This document shows, one piece after another, positions 39,301 to 53,280 of a stretch of DNA of 64,000 nt; positions within the stretch are counted from its first letter, which is position 1, and every line of letters begins with the position of its first letter. Made by a program: the position numbers and the translations under genes. Origin of the DNA: Octopus bimaculoides (lineage: Eukaryota); assembly GCF_001194135.2 (NCBI RefSeq), contig NC_068982.1, positions 104,296,996-104,360,995 on the forward strand, written 5' to 3'. The notes beneath the pieces were generated by a model. That model saw only the letters and a list, made by a program, of their open reading frames with translations. It was not told the DNA's origin and made no database searches.

Positions 39301-40424
39301 ATTTTCCTTCCAATTGGTGTCTTCTCTCTTCCCCTGATCATCCCTACTGTTTCACCCTCCAGATCTGATACAATTTTCCCTCATTAGATCTACAACCCTA
39401 TTTACTTTTAACTGTTTCCCTATAGACTTCATCTTACAGCAGTTCAACTTGAGCATCCACTATGATGATTCTATCAGTCTGGGAACATCTGCAAAGGTAA
39501 TTAGCACTGCATCTATTGATCCAATGAAGGAGCCTCTACATGGTTCATTGACCTATCAGAAATAGCAGTCAACTTACCCTTAAATTACATCATACTATCT
39601 TAAAAAGGAAGAACACACTGAATAGTGTAGTCCTGTAGTCCATCTACCAAATTCACTTTCAAGGCTTTAGTCATATCAGGGCAATAGTAGATGACATTTG
39701 CCCAAGGTGCCAAGCAGTGGGACTAAACCTGGGGTTATGTTGGAGAGCAGAAAACAAATGGTAGGATGGCCATGGCTGAAATGACTTTGTGAATATGTGT
39801 GTGTGGAGGGAGGGTGAGATACATAGATATACAGACTGATAGATATGCTTAATCAGAGCTGATCTACACAATGAATATATTGTAAATCTGTCTCAAATCT
39901 ATTTTCAAATACTGTATCCAGTTTCATGTTTCAGTGAGTGATATAACTTTAAAATATGTATGCAATGAAAAAGCATTTGTCATTCTAAGATTTTATCTCA
40001 CTACTACAAAGGTAATGCAATACTATTTAATTACATCGTATTTCCAATTAACTAAAACTTGGAGAGTTGTAATTCTTCCAAGCTATTGAGCATGACCAGA
40101 GGTTGACATGGGGCTCAAAATTAGAAATTTATGTTTCAGATCATTATCTAAGTCCAATTTGTGTAGTTCGTAATTATATGTTCTCTCAAAAGACTATTGC
40201 ATTTTTGTTGCATGTTTTTATATAAGTATGAAGTCTAAAGAGTTGTATATATTATTAGCTAAAAGAGTGGGACATTAACAAGTTTACAAACATGCATTTA
40301 ATGAACATAGATGTGATTGAGTGGTTAAGAAGCTAACTTCCAAACCATATGATCTTGGATTCAATCCCAGATGTCTTTTAGTATAACTCCAGGTTGATCA
40401 AAGTGTGTGTGTGTGTATGCATGT

Positions 40425-40672
40425 GCTTTTAAGTACCTTTTTCTTGACATTGTATGATGGTCGTAAACAAGCATCACCATTATACAAGCAATGGTGTTCG
40501 TTTCCAGTCTTCTGTGTAAAAACATATTCTAGCCATGGGTATATTTTATCTTGCTTGGAAACAGTTGAGGGCTGAAGACAGAAAAGACATCTGACCATAG
40601 AAAATCTGCTTCAACAGATTCATCTGACATATGCAAGCATAGAAAAGTAGATGTTAAATGACGGTGATGATA
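40425..40672 (+). mobile_element. SINE family E copy
   Basis: cttgcttggaaacag...gaccatagaaaatctgcttcaac...gcaagcatagaaaagtagatgttaaatgacggtgatga. Confidence 0.65.
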
Positions 40673-40960
40673 TTTAGCCCTGCTCTTCAAATAGACTGTG
40701 TGTGTGTGTGTGTGTGTGTGTGTGATAGAGAGAGAAAGAGAAAGGGAAAGTACAGATAGACAAACAGATAGATAGATAGATCTACCTTCCTGCCTTTCTT
40801 TTCCTGTGGCGTAATTAGTCTTCTGTTAGATGTAGCTTTCATTGAGAGCACACAATACTTTTTCACCCTGCAGGTGTCACTGATTTTTATTACATATCCA
40901 TAGACAATACAGCCACCACTCCTGCACACATTGTCTATTGGTAAATGCTTTTTATTCCCA

Positions 40961-41011
<51 letters not shown>

Positions 41012-41329
41012 CTAGATTATGCCCAACCCAACTCTCTCCAGCCTACACAGGTCTTTCACATATTTAAATACAGTAACAATAGTGTTAATCACACTTCTTA
41101 CACTTATATCTAAAAGTAGTCCCACTCTGCAGAGATAGAAACCTTCCTTTTCTTGTTAAAGAAGTTAGTGTCTCCTTGAAAATTCCTTTCTTTTATTGTG
41201 TTTTACCTGATTTCTATTGTGCTTCTACCACAACTCCTTCAGACATTAATTAGGGCACATAATTAACAGAAATTATCCTTTCTGTCTAACAATATGTCAG
41301 GGATTTTAAGGATCTGCCATCCATTACAT

Positions 41330-41551
41330 ACAGGCTTGTCTTTTGCAGGTGCCTGTGCCACATAAAATGCACCCAGCACACTCTATAAAGTAGTTGACGT
41401 TTGGGTAATGGCATCCAGGTGTAGAAACCATGCTACAATAGGCCACTGGAGTCTGGATAGCCCCTGCCCCCCTGCCCCACCTGGCCAGCTCCATCTCAAA
41501 CCTTCCAGCCCATCCCAACATGAAAAATAGACATTAATGATGATGATGATG

Positions 41552-41552
<1 letters not shown>
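41330..41552 (+). mobile_element. SINE family A copy
   Basis: gcacccagcacactctataaagtagttg...ggcatccaggtgtagaaaccatgc...tagacattaatgatgatgatgatgat. Confidence 0.65.
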
Positions 41553-41591
<39 letters not shown>

Positions 41592-41676
41592 TATATAACA
41601 TATAAATGATAGAAATAAGACAAAGAATGAATTTAGCACATCATCATTATTAGTTACATTTTTTTTTTTTTTTTAA

Positions 41677-41886
41677 GGTGGTGAGCTGGCAGAATTGTTA
41701 GCACGCTGAATGAAATGCTTAGCGGTATTTTACCCATCGCTACATTCTGAGTTTAAATTCCGCCGAGGTTGACTTTGTCTTTCATCTTTTCGGGGTCGAT
41801 AAAATAAGTACCAGTTGAACACTGGGGTCAATGTAATTGACTCATCCCCACCTTCCACAAGCTGCCCTTGTGGCAAAAATTTGAAA
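41677..41886 (+). mobile_element. tRNA-derived SINE family D, full length
   Basis: ggtggtgagctggcagaattgttagcacg...gagtttaaattccgccgaggttgactttgtctttcatcttttcggggtcgataaaataagtacc. Several further copies occur in the window. Confidence 0.8.
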
Positions 41887-42198
41887 TAATTATTATTAGT
41901 TACAATTTTTTTTCAGTACCACTCCATTACTAATGTCATAGCACATAAATGGTTCTATGTGAAAAGTTACATGATATTTGCAATTGATTATATTAGGGTG
42001 GCGCTTCACCAAACAAGTTTCAAGACATATGCTCATATATTGTGCAACAAATGCAGTGATGTACCTGGAGTAGATTTTCAATTTAAACCAGTAGATTTTC
42101 AACTTTTCCATTTCAAAAGCATAAGCATAAATAGCCAGGAGTTTGGGTTGAGTGTTGCATTGGAAATACATCAAATTTCTACCCTCTCAGGACCTACA

Positions 42199-42242
<44 letters not shown>

Positions 42243-43390
42243 CTACATTAATGAATCAGTCTGTTAAGAACCTCTGTTCTTAACATACTGAGTAATGTAG
42301 TGCACGTGTTTTAATGCATGGAATTAACACTCTATGACATGCACAGATATTCCAAATTTCTTTTATGCTATAGAGTAAGGGATATTACTAACCAGGTAGT
42401 TATAAAGATATTGATAAACTCAATAAACTCAAGTGTTTTTAAACAAGCTGTTGAGGGAAGGTCTTTCATTTCCTAATATCTCACATCAAATATATTTTCT
42501 TCTACACCTTTGCAGTTTCGCCTACTGTCCTACAAATACCAGTAAAGTTTATCACTTTTCAGAAAAGTTATCACTCATAAGGGAAAATAATATTGCTCAA
42601 CATTCAATTATACTTATGAAATTATTCCCTATTAAAACAACCCCGCTTACCTTTGAGGATAGGTATCTCCATAAATTTCTCCAGGTAATCTCATGGATTG
42701 AATATTTTAATTCTTTTTAGTCAGAAGAGAAGGCAGCACTTGTGACCCTTTACATGGTATCTAAAACTAATGGGAGTAAGAAAGGAAAATATCTTTAATC
42801 TAGGACTTAGCTCAAATGCTTGCAACAGACTGGACTCTGCTAGAGACATCAAAGCTGCCAGATGATGGCATTGAACCAGATGATGGATTCAGTTTATCAC
42901 CCAAGTAGGTCATGGCAGGATTTAAGCTCAGAATGCAAAAATCTAGTAGAAATACCACATGACATTCAGTTTAATGTTCTTACTGTTCTATCAATCTACC
43001 AACCTTTACTGACATATTTTTTAAATTCATCCCACTGAAAAGATGAAAAGCAAATATAACTTCAGCTGGATCTGAACTCAGAACATTGAATGTCATCATC
43101 ATTTCATGTCTGTTTGATGACCAGATAATGTGAAACATTCTATCTGACAGTCTAATGGCTCTGCCAATTCACCACCCACGGTTGGTTGAGAAGACTATGA
43201 TCTCAAAAGCAAAATAGTAATTTGAATCTCTACAATTATCAGTTTGCTTATAACATTTGTATTTACCTCAGTCTTAGTGGTACCTGATTTCAGTCAACAG
43301 TTCCAAACGGAAGTCATTGCACTGATCTCTTAAGAAGTACTGATTCACTGAAAGGCTTTATATCACTATATACCCTCCCTTTTGTCTTTT

Positions 43391-43459
43391 CTGTCACTAT
43401 TACAGTTTATGTCTGTCACTATTACAGTTTATGTCTGTCACTATTACAGTTTATGTCTG
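43391..43459. repeat. Perfect 22-bp tandem triplication
   Basis: ctgtcactattacagtttatgt x3 plus ctg. Confidence 0.95.
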
Positions 43460-45526
43460 GATGGCTATTTTGCAAAATAGGGGTGAACTTAATTGATGCA
43501 GGTTATCAAACTTCAATAAATACAAGAGACATCTGTAGATGTGGTATTTTATCTCATCAGTAAAATATTAATTTCACCAAAGTAGTGATAAGAGAATTAA
43601 TAAGTAGGATCAAAGTATTGTAAGCCGAATAATTAAGAAAAATTAGCATATATGTTCCAACTTCTTTTACACTGTAAAGTAACAAACTTTGACACAACAA
43701 CCTTTTCAACAAGGTACTGAGGGAAGGGTTTTTTGTTTTTTCCTTTTTATAATGTCTCTCATTAAATTATACTATCTTTCAAAACTCTGCAGTTTCAGCC
43801 ACTACTCAACACCTAATTATTCTTGTGAAACATTCCAATTTGAAATATTCATTCTCACTATTGATGCTAGATAAAATTGTCTCCATAAATCTCTCCTGGA
43901 GACTAAAAACCTAGACCTGCCATCCACATCACTATTTCTAATTAGATTTTTGATGAATTGCATTAAGCATGTTAATCTATCCTTAAATGTTGATTTTTGA
44001 TATAAATGGCATCTCTAATATACATCTTTTTCTGATTGTGCTAATTTTACACACATTCTCAGGTTATGATATCATAGTAATGCATGGTGATTCCCTTACC
44101 TCTATTTTGGCACATTCTGTAAAGCTTATGCTTTAATAAGGAGATATAATAAGATTGAAATATCTATTGAAATACACTGCTTTTGACTGAAATTAATTTT
44201 GGAAATAAGTTTAGTAAAATGATTGTTTTTGAAAATACATTTAGTAAAATAATTTTGTCATTATTAAGCTGATATTTAGAACATAACATGAAATTTTGAT
44301 GTAAAGTTTTAATTTAGATGATTTTCAAATCAAAAGTTTGAATCATAGAACCACAGGCAGTCTTAGGTAGGTTAGTATCAAAGCAGTTAATCTATACATA
44401 CTTCTGCGTTCAATCCCAAATACACTGTCCCTCTTCAGAGACTTTCTTTTGTATAAAACACACACATATATATGCAAGTGCATATGTGTGCTTTGTTTCA
44501 CAGGACTATTTTCAGTTCTAGCTTTGCCCATGTTTTCACATTTGATATCCTTCAGCTCTTTTTTAACTTTAACCATATCAATCATCTCCAGTTTCTCAAT
44601 CCCATAAATTTGGGAGTGCATTACTGGATATATGACTAGCCCTTTGTCTATGAGTATACTATATAACTTTGTACAGTTGCTATGGTAACAGTCATAACTT
44701 ATTGAAATATCCAAGATATGCGTGCTTAAGGAGAAAAAAATTAACTAATAGTAATAAAGATTATATTTTTTCTCTAGCGTCGACAAGAATACTATTTCCA
44801 TTGGGGAAATAATCAAAAATAATTTTAAATATCATCAGACTAAAATAATTGACTATTTGCTGCTTGCATTGACTGATAAACATTGGGAAAAGCTAATATT
44901 AATTAACAGTAAAGTATAATGTTAATACCTGTCAGGCTGCAGGTTTTATTACTCCAACCTACCTGGTTATTAGGTGAATAAAAAACTGTATTTCTTCAGA
45001 AGCTTTTGATTAGATCAATATTTATGTCTCCCCTTGGACTATGTCTTAGGTTCACATATAATATCAAATTACTTAAGCTCTAAGTAAACCTGTTATTAAA
45101 GGATTTTTATGGCTTGTATAATAGCATGTCTTAACAAGAATTTTCATCCACAAAAATATACCAGCAGTTACATTTTTTTTTTTAATTATTTTCATTTGGA
45201 ATATTATAAATGTTAATTAATTTTATAAGCATCTTTAGTTTTTGGTATATGAAATGCTATGTCTATATTGATTAAAATAACAAAGATTTCAGTAAGCAGT
45301 TGATTAAAGTTAAGATGTGATGGTCAAAGTACCATGAAGTAACACAGCAAAATAGAGGCTTATACCATCTATCAGTTGAATACTTTGTATTTCTTCTTCA
45401 GCTTGCTGCAACTGAAATACAACAGGAATTTCCATCCCCCTTTTGACTTTGGTAGAACCTCAGTTTCATGCTAAGTCTTGAATCTGACTTTAAACTGCAT
45501 CTAATCTTGAGAAATCCTAGATGTTG

Positions 45527-45743
45527 GTTTTAAATTTTGGCACAAGGCCAGCAATTTCGGGAGAGGAGATAAGTTATTTAGATCAACCCCAGTATTCAAC
45601 TGGTACTTATTCTATTCAGCCTGAAAGGGATGAAAGGCAAAGAAAATCTCAGCAGAATTTGAACTCAGAAAGTCTTTAGATGAACGAAATACCACTATGC
45701 ATTTCATCCAGTGTGCTAATGATTCTGCCAGCTCACCACCTTT
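45527..45743 (-). mobile_element. SINE family D copy
   Basis: Reverse-complement homolog of 41677-41886. Confidence 0.75.
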
Positions 45744-45974
45744 AAGAAAAACCTTAAATATTGACAAACTAACACTACTCTCAGAACTGTAGAGTAAACT
45801 GCATTACTAAATCACCTTGACCCAACATAGGGTCCTAGATTTCTCTGTAACCAGTAAGCAGCTATTGTCGAATAGTAACTGTTGCCTTGTGAGAGGAACT
45901 TAGAAATCCAAAGACCTTATATGGCTCTTGAACTGAAAGGTCAAGAGTACATAACACCATCTTTTATCTTTTAC

Positions 45975-46327
45975 ATGTTTCAGTCACTAGACTGTAGCCA
46001 TGCTGGAAGGGTTTAGTCAACCAAACTAACCCCAGTATTTACTTTTTTTTAAATCTGTTAATTTTTCTATTGAGCTCTTATGCCAAACCACTGTTATGGG
46101 GATGTAAACAAACCAGCACCGGTTGTCAAGTGGTGATGGTGGGGAGACACACACATACACACACACACACACATATACTGCAGGCTTCTTCCAGATTCCA
46201 TCTACCAAATCCACTCACAACCCGGGACTATAGAAGAAGACATTTGCTCAAGGTGCCATACAGTGGAACTGAACCTAGACTCATGAGGTGGGGAAAAAAA
46301 CTTCTTACCACACAACCACACCTATGG
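45975..46327 (-). mobile_element. SINE family C, near full length
   Basis: tttcagtcactagactgtagccatgctgga...ccaaatccactcacaa...cttcttaccacacaaccacacc. Confidence 0.8.
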
Positions 46328-46675
46328 CTATGTTGAATAATTATTACAAATTTTAAAATAATGCTGATATCATAATGATGTCTGAACTAATTTTAAATGT
46401 AAATAATTTATTTCATAAGTTCAAAATCTGTTCTTTTGGTGCTGATTTCATGAGTTGTTAGTTCAAAGTCTGAAATAACTTACATTTACTATGATCCCTT
46501 ATACCTCTGGTTCATTCTAGAAAATTCCTTTGTCATTCACAAACTTTTTTCAAATTAGTTTAAACTGTTATTTATTAATCCACCATACTAAATTTGTTTA
46601 TTTCATTCTTAATAATAATGGTGCTTCTTCTGTCGTTTAGAATTTAAATATTTTCATATCAAAGAATAATAAGCT

Positions 46676-46875
46676 GAAAAAAAGTTATTTTTATATTCCA
46701 CGGTAGGCAACCAGGGTTGCTGGGTGTGTGAATAAAAATGCAAGAGTTACAGAATGGAGTAGGTAAGATCCAGGCTACATATGTTTCATAGTGGGTGGAA
46801 CCTCAGAAGTGGTAAAAATCCAAGTGAGGTGTATACTGCCAGCTACTCTTCAGGCCAAGGATATCTTGATTAAAT
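46676..46875. mobile_element. Left-half homolog of the 25037 foldback element
   Basis: tgaaaaaaagttatttttatattccacggtaggca...gatccaggctacatatgtttcatag...ctcttcaggccaaggatatcttga. Confidence 0.7.
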
Positions 46876-47152
46876 TAAAGGTTACATTGTCACAAGGATG
46901 TACATGTTGATGCATATATGTGTATATATATGTGTGTATATATATATATATATNNNNNNNNNNNNNNNNNNNNNNNNNNNNNNNNNNNNNNNNNNNNNNN
47001 NNNNNNNNNNNNNNNNNNNNNNNNNNNNNNNNNNNNNNNNNNNNNNNNNNNNNNNNNNNNNNNNNNNNNNNNNNNNNNNNNNNNNNNNNNNNNNNNNNNN
47101 NNNNNNNNNNNNNNNNNNNNNNNNNNNNNNNNNNNNNNNNNNNNNNNNNNNN

Positions 47153-47192
<40 letters not shown>

Positions 47193-47356
47193 TCAGTGGA
47201 TCATATATCCCAAAAGGAAGCACACTCTAAAAGTAAGAGCAATAATGTATTTACATAAAGGTAAATATATGTCTGATCATAGAGTGACCAATTGTTTCAC
47301 AGCCATAAAGCACTTAGCTTTATAGACAACTCATCAGACTCCAATGGCCATGGGCA

Positions 47357-47392
<36 letters not shown>

Positions 47393-48449
47393 AATAAATA
47401 TTTGTTGTTTATAACTTTATAATGTAACTAGCCTAACATTAATGCTTATATATTTCTTTGTGTGTGTATGTATCTGTATGTGTGTGTGTGTGTATTCATA
47501 TCAGTATGTTCGTTCTATTTCAGATTGATGTCTATAATTTATAAATCTGTATGTGTGCATACATTCATGCACATACATTTTCACAATATTTTCATTTTTT
47601 TAAAACCATTTTTACATGAAATACAAGAATATGTTTTCCTGTAGGCTACTAAGGTTTTTGTGACAAAGATAAACTATTGTTTGGCCCAGTTTTTTTTTCT
47701 TTTCATTTTTATGTTTGAAATACAATTTCCTTTTATGTTATTAATAGTAATTAATTGAATTTTCTGCCAGTCTATTTTTTCTTGCATGTTATTCTTTTCT
47801 TCCCCACTTCCTAATCCTCACAACCCTGATCTGTTGAAGCTCTCTATAAACCGATACAATCTTGATTAGAGTAAACCAGTCATGCTGAACAATCTAAATA
47901 TAACTACAGACTAGCCTAATAACCAATAGAAGCAGTCAATGCATAACTGTTGCAGCTGCTATGCTTTGGTCCATTGATTCTAACAGAATTTTTTTGTTCT
48001 TTTATTTAATGACTGCTTACCTTATTGTGAAACAGTGCTTTATTTAGTGTCTGTTACTGAATAATAGGCGCCCTCCCACTTTGTATTATCAAGAAATGAT
48101 CTGCATTATAATGCCTACCGACTTAATGAAAGAATTAAAATGAAACATATAATAGTGTCATTTTGTTTCATTTGTATCGATGTTGTAAAATAATAGTTGC
48201 TAGCTCTGTGTTCCTTGTGAATTTGTAAATATATTTTGTTTCTTCTTTACACACATATCCTTAAGTAATGGTGGTGGTGATGGTGGTGCTACTGCTGGTA
48301 TCAATTACTGCTTCTGCTACCATTGTTGTTTTCACATTATTCTTACCCCTAAGTCAACACTCATTGAGTAGAATGATTCATCAAAGGCTTTCCAGTTATG
48401 ACCACCCTGTTTTTTTTTGTATATCATCGTTGTTGTGGCTGATGACAAT

Positions 48450-48903
48450 ACCACATGCCAGTAGAACATTAAAAGCACCATTCAAGCATGATCGTTGCCA
48501 GGGCCACTGACTGGCTCCCATGCCGGTGGCATGTAAAAAGCACCATTCGAGCATGATCATTGCCAGCATCACCTGACTGGCTCCTGTACTGGTGGCATGT
48601 AAAAAACACCATTTGAGCATGGTCGTTGCCAGCATTGCTGGACTGGCTCCTGTGCAGGTGGCACGTAAAAAGCACCATTTGAGTATGGCCTATGTCAGTA
48701 CCACCTGACTGGCCCTTGTACCAGTGGCACGTAAAAGCACCCACACACTCTCGGAGTGGTTGGCGTTAGGAAGAGCATCCAGCTGTAGAAACTTTGCCAG
48801 ATCAGCTTGGAGACTGGCGCAGCCTTCTGGCTCACCAGCCCTCAGTCAAACCATCCAAACCATGCAAGCATGGAAAGTGGACATTAAACGATGAGGATGA
48901 TGA
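48450..48903 (+). mobile_element. SINE family A copy with an internal 65-66-bp minisatellite
   Basis: caccatt/cacc motif at 48476, 48541, 48607, 48673 and 48738, followed by the family A 3' part and an ATG tail. Confidence 0.85.
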
Positions 48904-49061
48904 TATATATTTCATGATTGTAGCAACAGTGTAGAAACTTCTTTATTGGTTGATCCTGAGGCTTAGTGGTCAAGGTGTTGCACTAAAGATTATGAGATCG
49001 TGGGTTCAATTCCCAGACTGGGCATTGAATTGTATTCTCGAGCAAAACAATTAATTTCACA

Positions 49062-49113
<52 letters not shown>

Positions 49114-49963
49114 TCGTTCATCATTCATTATATCCACGTATTTGTATATATGATGGGCTCCTTTCAGTTTTTGAGTATTAAATCCTCTCAGACAGCTTTT
49201 TAAGACATGGTGCTATAGTAGAAGGCTCATGCCCAAAGTGCATAGGATTAGGAACTTTTTAAACACACAGCTCTGCTTACATTTCATGTTATGGAATTCC
49301 ATGGGAACAGGGAGGGTTTCACATTATAAACTCTACATTGCAACAAAATTCCTCAAAGTCAAGGAGAAAATAAGTATCACATTACAAGATTCTATGTTAT
49401 GACTTGATTTCCAGGAGTGCAGCAATTCTGTAAAGCAGGGCATACCTGTATATCTATTTGGTAAGATTTAAAATTCTTTTTTTTTTTTTGTTACTTTTGT
49501 GTGAAAGTGAGGCTGCAGCTGAAATGAAGAAATCATATTTGAAGTCCTATAGTGACATATGAGACTATACCTTGAAAGAGTAATTATAAGGGCCCAAAAC
49601 ATTTGTTGAGTATTATCTATGAGAATATCAGACTTTGAGTGGTATCGGTAGTTTGTTGTAATAATATGTAATATCTGGTAGAAATATATAAAAACTGAAT
49701 GACTTATCGGTGAAAGATGGTAACGTTTGTCGAGGGGATTGGAATATAATAGGTGACATAAAAGCTTATTGTTGTTGTTCAGGGCCAAGTCAGCAATGAT
49801 TAAGAGAAAGAATGGTCAAAGGCTGCCACAAGGTCCAGTCCTTGTTACAGTGTGGTGGCTTGCATGTATCAGTGAGTCTCAGAACTATTCCAGTGGAGTG
49901 CAAGCTTCTGATAGGGCCTCCCATGCTAAACAAGTCAAAGAATAGAAACCAGATTAATACTAA

Positions 49964-50176
49964 TTTCAAACTTTGGCACAAGACTTGCAACTTCAGGGAA
50001 GCGGGGTAAGTCGGTTGCATCAACCCCCAGTGCTCAACTGGCACTTATTTTATCAATCCTGAAAGGATGAAAGGCAAAGTCAACCTCAGTGGATTCTGAA
50101 TTCAAATGTGAAGATGGATGAAATGCCACTAAGAATTTCACCTGGTGTGCTCATGATTCTGCCAACTTGCTGCCTT
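49964..50176 (-). mobile_element. SINE family D copy
   Basis: tttcaaactttggcacaag...caacccccagtgctcaactggcacttattttatc...gaaaggcaaagtcaacc. Confidence 0.75.
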
Positions 50177-51632
50177 CAATTCCAGATTAATATTGACCAC
50201 CTCTTGTCAAAGGTAGAAATGAGTTTGTGTAGGGCCAACACCCCTACCTAGAAAAAACAGAATTTTAGAAGCATTGATGGTAATTCAAACCAACAAGATC
50301 TTGGAGAGAAAGGCCTTCTCTTAGGTTCAGCCCAGAGCCTAGAACAGTGGAGAAAAGGTGTCAATAGCCTATGCTGCATAAGTAGTAAAGGGCTTAAGTA
50401 ATGATCAAAGATATTCCAGCCATGAACATGCTATCTATTTTTTTACTACCTGCTGTGTTCTTCCATGTTTTTAAGATAGTAAAGTGTGGTCTGATGGAGA
50501 TTTATCTGTTTTAGATAAGACAGCTATGTAGAAGCTGCTTTGTAGGCTTGTAATAACGTAGTCTAGCCTAGCGCTGGTTACAGAAGGCAACATAGAAAAT
50601 TAAACCAATGAACCATATCAACAATTACTGATATCCTTAATTGTTCTAAACCAGTCTGATACCATAACAAGTAAACTATTCAATTAGAAGATATGAAATA
50701 GTATTAAGAATTCATTGATACTGAAACTATATTTTCTCTTCCAATTTTCTTCATATGTTTGGATGTGTGTGACCAGGAAATAAAATATCTCCACCTACAC
50801 AAAACAAGTAAGCAGCTGCAAAATAAAAGTGTTATACCATCAAAAGTCTGAATGGACCTCATACTAACATAGAAAGCAATTACAAATGTGAACATAGGGA
50901 CAAAATCTTGAGAACTTCTTTTGTTGATACCCTGAAATAGCTCAAATTGCTCAAATGTAAATAATGATATAGTTGTGCATCACAGATGTGTTATATTCTT
51001 TGATCAGGATATTGATCCTATCATTTATAGCTCTATCTACACTGTTCCAATTATTATATTCTCCAATTATTTTTGTGTATATGTCCAACCCAAGCAAGCC
51101 TATAAAAACACTTGTAAAATTAATAATAATAATGATGATACTTCTGATAATGATGATAATGGTGACAACTGCAACAACTATTGTGTGTGTGTTTGTGTGA
51201 TTAAATCCTTATCAAATAATTAAATCCATAACATCTGTTACACAGGTACTGAACAGATACCAGTAATACTGAGTAGACATGAAATAAATAGATAGATGTT
51301 TTTTTGTTAAATGAACAACCATTTGAGCTCAAAAAGGAGAGCCAACAGCTCAGTCACTGGTTCAATACACAATAATTGAGGAGGAAAGTAACTGCAGGTT
51401 GTTTGTGCACACTTAACTTTAAAAAAGTCACTGAGATGATCTGATCACAGCTTTGAGAAGTTTTTCTTTATTTTGATTGCCAAATGCAGAAAGACCCAGC
51501 CCAGTGTGAGGGTCTTCACATCATGTATGAAGTGAGGTTGTACAGGCAAGGTAGCATTGGTTTCCCATACAAAGACATATTTTATATTGCAGTGAAAGGA
51601 TAACTTTAACTCTTGATGGACTATAGCATATC

Positions 51633-51732
<100 letters not shown>

Positions 51733-52279
51733 TTAATATCCATGTTCTATGTTGGCATAAGTTGGATGGTTTGACAGGAGAAGGTTGAAAGAGGGAGAGA
51801 TGATAATGAGCTTGATGTCTTTGAAATCCAGAATTTTAAGTGTCTTTTCATTGGCAACATACAAATCTCAAAGTGCAATTTAGTTGATGATAAACTTCTT
51901 TTCTCTAATTAAAAAAAAAATTGGTTTGCACTTTGACACTCAAACACGCATACATGTACTCATATGCACACACACACACACACACACGTGTGTACATACA
52001 GGCATTTTTAAATATTTTTACTGGTTCCAGCTAGTGGGCTAGGTTCATACTGGAGCACCACTTGCAATGATAGTGTAATCTGGATTGTGCTTGGCATTTA
52101 GTGAAAGAGAAAGTTGGTGGGACAATGAACATGTATAACTAATATCAAATTCATGAACCCTTTAAGTATGAAGAAATATAATTTTTGAGAAAACAATTGT
52201 GTGTGTATGTGTTTAAACCATCAAAGTACAAAGGGTATGTATAGATAAATAAGTAGTAGTTGATACAAAGACCACGAAG

Positions 52280-52592
52280 GAAACATTGTTATATTTCAGG
52301 ATGGTCACTTTATTTTTCTTACCAAACTATATAGTAATTCTTATATATACTATATATAAGAATATATACTATATATACTATATATTAATTCTTCACTTGT
52401 TTATTATTGTTCTTATTTTATCTTATGTCCATTGTTTGGAAATCTTTCATCACACACCTGTGAAAGAGGAAAGATTTCCAGACAATGGACATAAGATAAC
52501 ATTAATAAACAAGTGAAGAATTAACATATAGTATGTGTGTTTATTTGGTAAGAAAAATAGTGATCATCCTGAAATATAACAATATCTGTTTC
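52280..52592. mobile_element. Foldback/MITE-like element with outer and inner inverted arms
   Basis: Outer arms ttgttatatttcaggatggtcact..tttttcttaccaaa / tttggtaagaaaaatagtgatcatcctgaaatataacaa. Inner arms 52385-52448 / 52469-52524. Confidence 0.85.
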
Positions 52593-52669
52593 AACACACA
52601 ATTTCACATCAGGAATCTTGTAAAGCAAATTCATAAATGTAAGCATATAAGAAATAGATTGTCTGAAAT

Positions 52670-53120
52670 GCTTGAAAGGCTCTCTAGAAGTTGTTGATAG
52701 CCTCTGTTAATTAGGTAATCTAATTAGCAGTTAAGGTTCGTGGTCTAAAAATATAGTAGCCAGAGTAAGAACAGAATAGAAAAAGTTCAGGGATATCTAA
52801 TGTTTGCATGTATAAACAACAGACAAAGCGCTCAGAGATAAACTGCATAAAATAGGAATCAGATGTAATGTACAAGAGAGAAGACTATGATTGTATAGGC
52901 TTATGATGTAAATGGAAGGTGACGGCTATGTAAGGTGCGGGGCATTAAAAGTTGATGGATCTTGTGGAAGAGGGGAAACCTAAGAAACTATGGAATGAAG
53001 TGGTGAAAACTGATTTCTGGATGCTGTGCCTCACAGAGGAGAGGATAAAGTACTGAGATAATGGGCAATTATCTATCCATGTAAGTATGGTGAAACAAGC
53101 ATTGAAAACATTTGACAATG
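52670..53120 (+). mobile_element. Decayed, internally deleted RTE-like LINE 3' end
   Basis: LEVVDSLC*LGNLIS...IVARVRTE*KKFRD...GIRCNVQERRL...KVDGSCGRG/KPKKLWNEVVKTD matches RTE motifs (LEVVD.F.YLG, GRGRPKK.W). Confidence 0.8.
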
Positions 53121-53245
53121 TTTAAAAACGTGATAATGACAGAGACTGGGAAGCATCAACTTTTAAGTCGCTCGCCCAATATTTCCTGTTATTGTTCCAT
53201 TTGCTACTTCCCCTTCTTCTTTAATAACCTCTCATCTCCCTGTCA

Positions 53246-53280
<35 letters not shown>

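Noticed and set aside
48476-48737. Regularly spaced repeats resembling a CRISPR array
   Set aside because: Whole units are homologous with no unique spacers, there are no cas genes, and the context is eukaryotic.
48396-48744. Repetitive minus-strand ORFs (…FFTCH…)
   Set aside because: Translation of the 65-66-bp SINE minisatellite.
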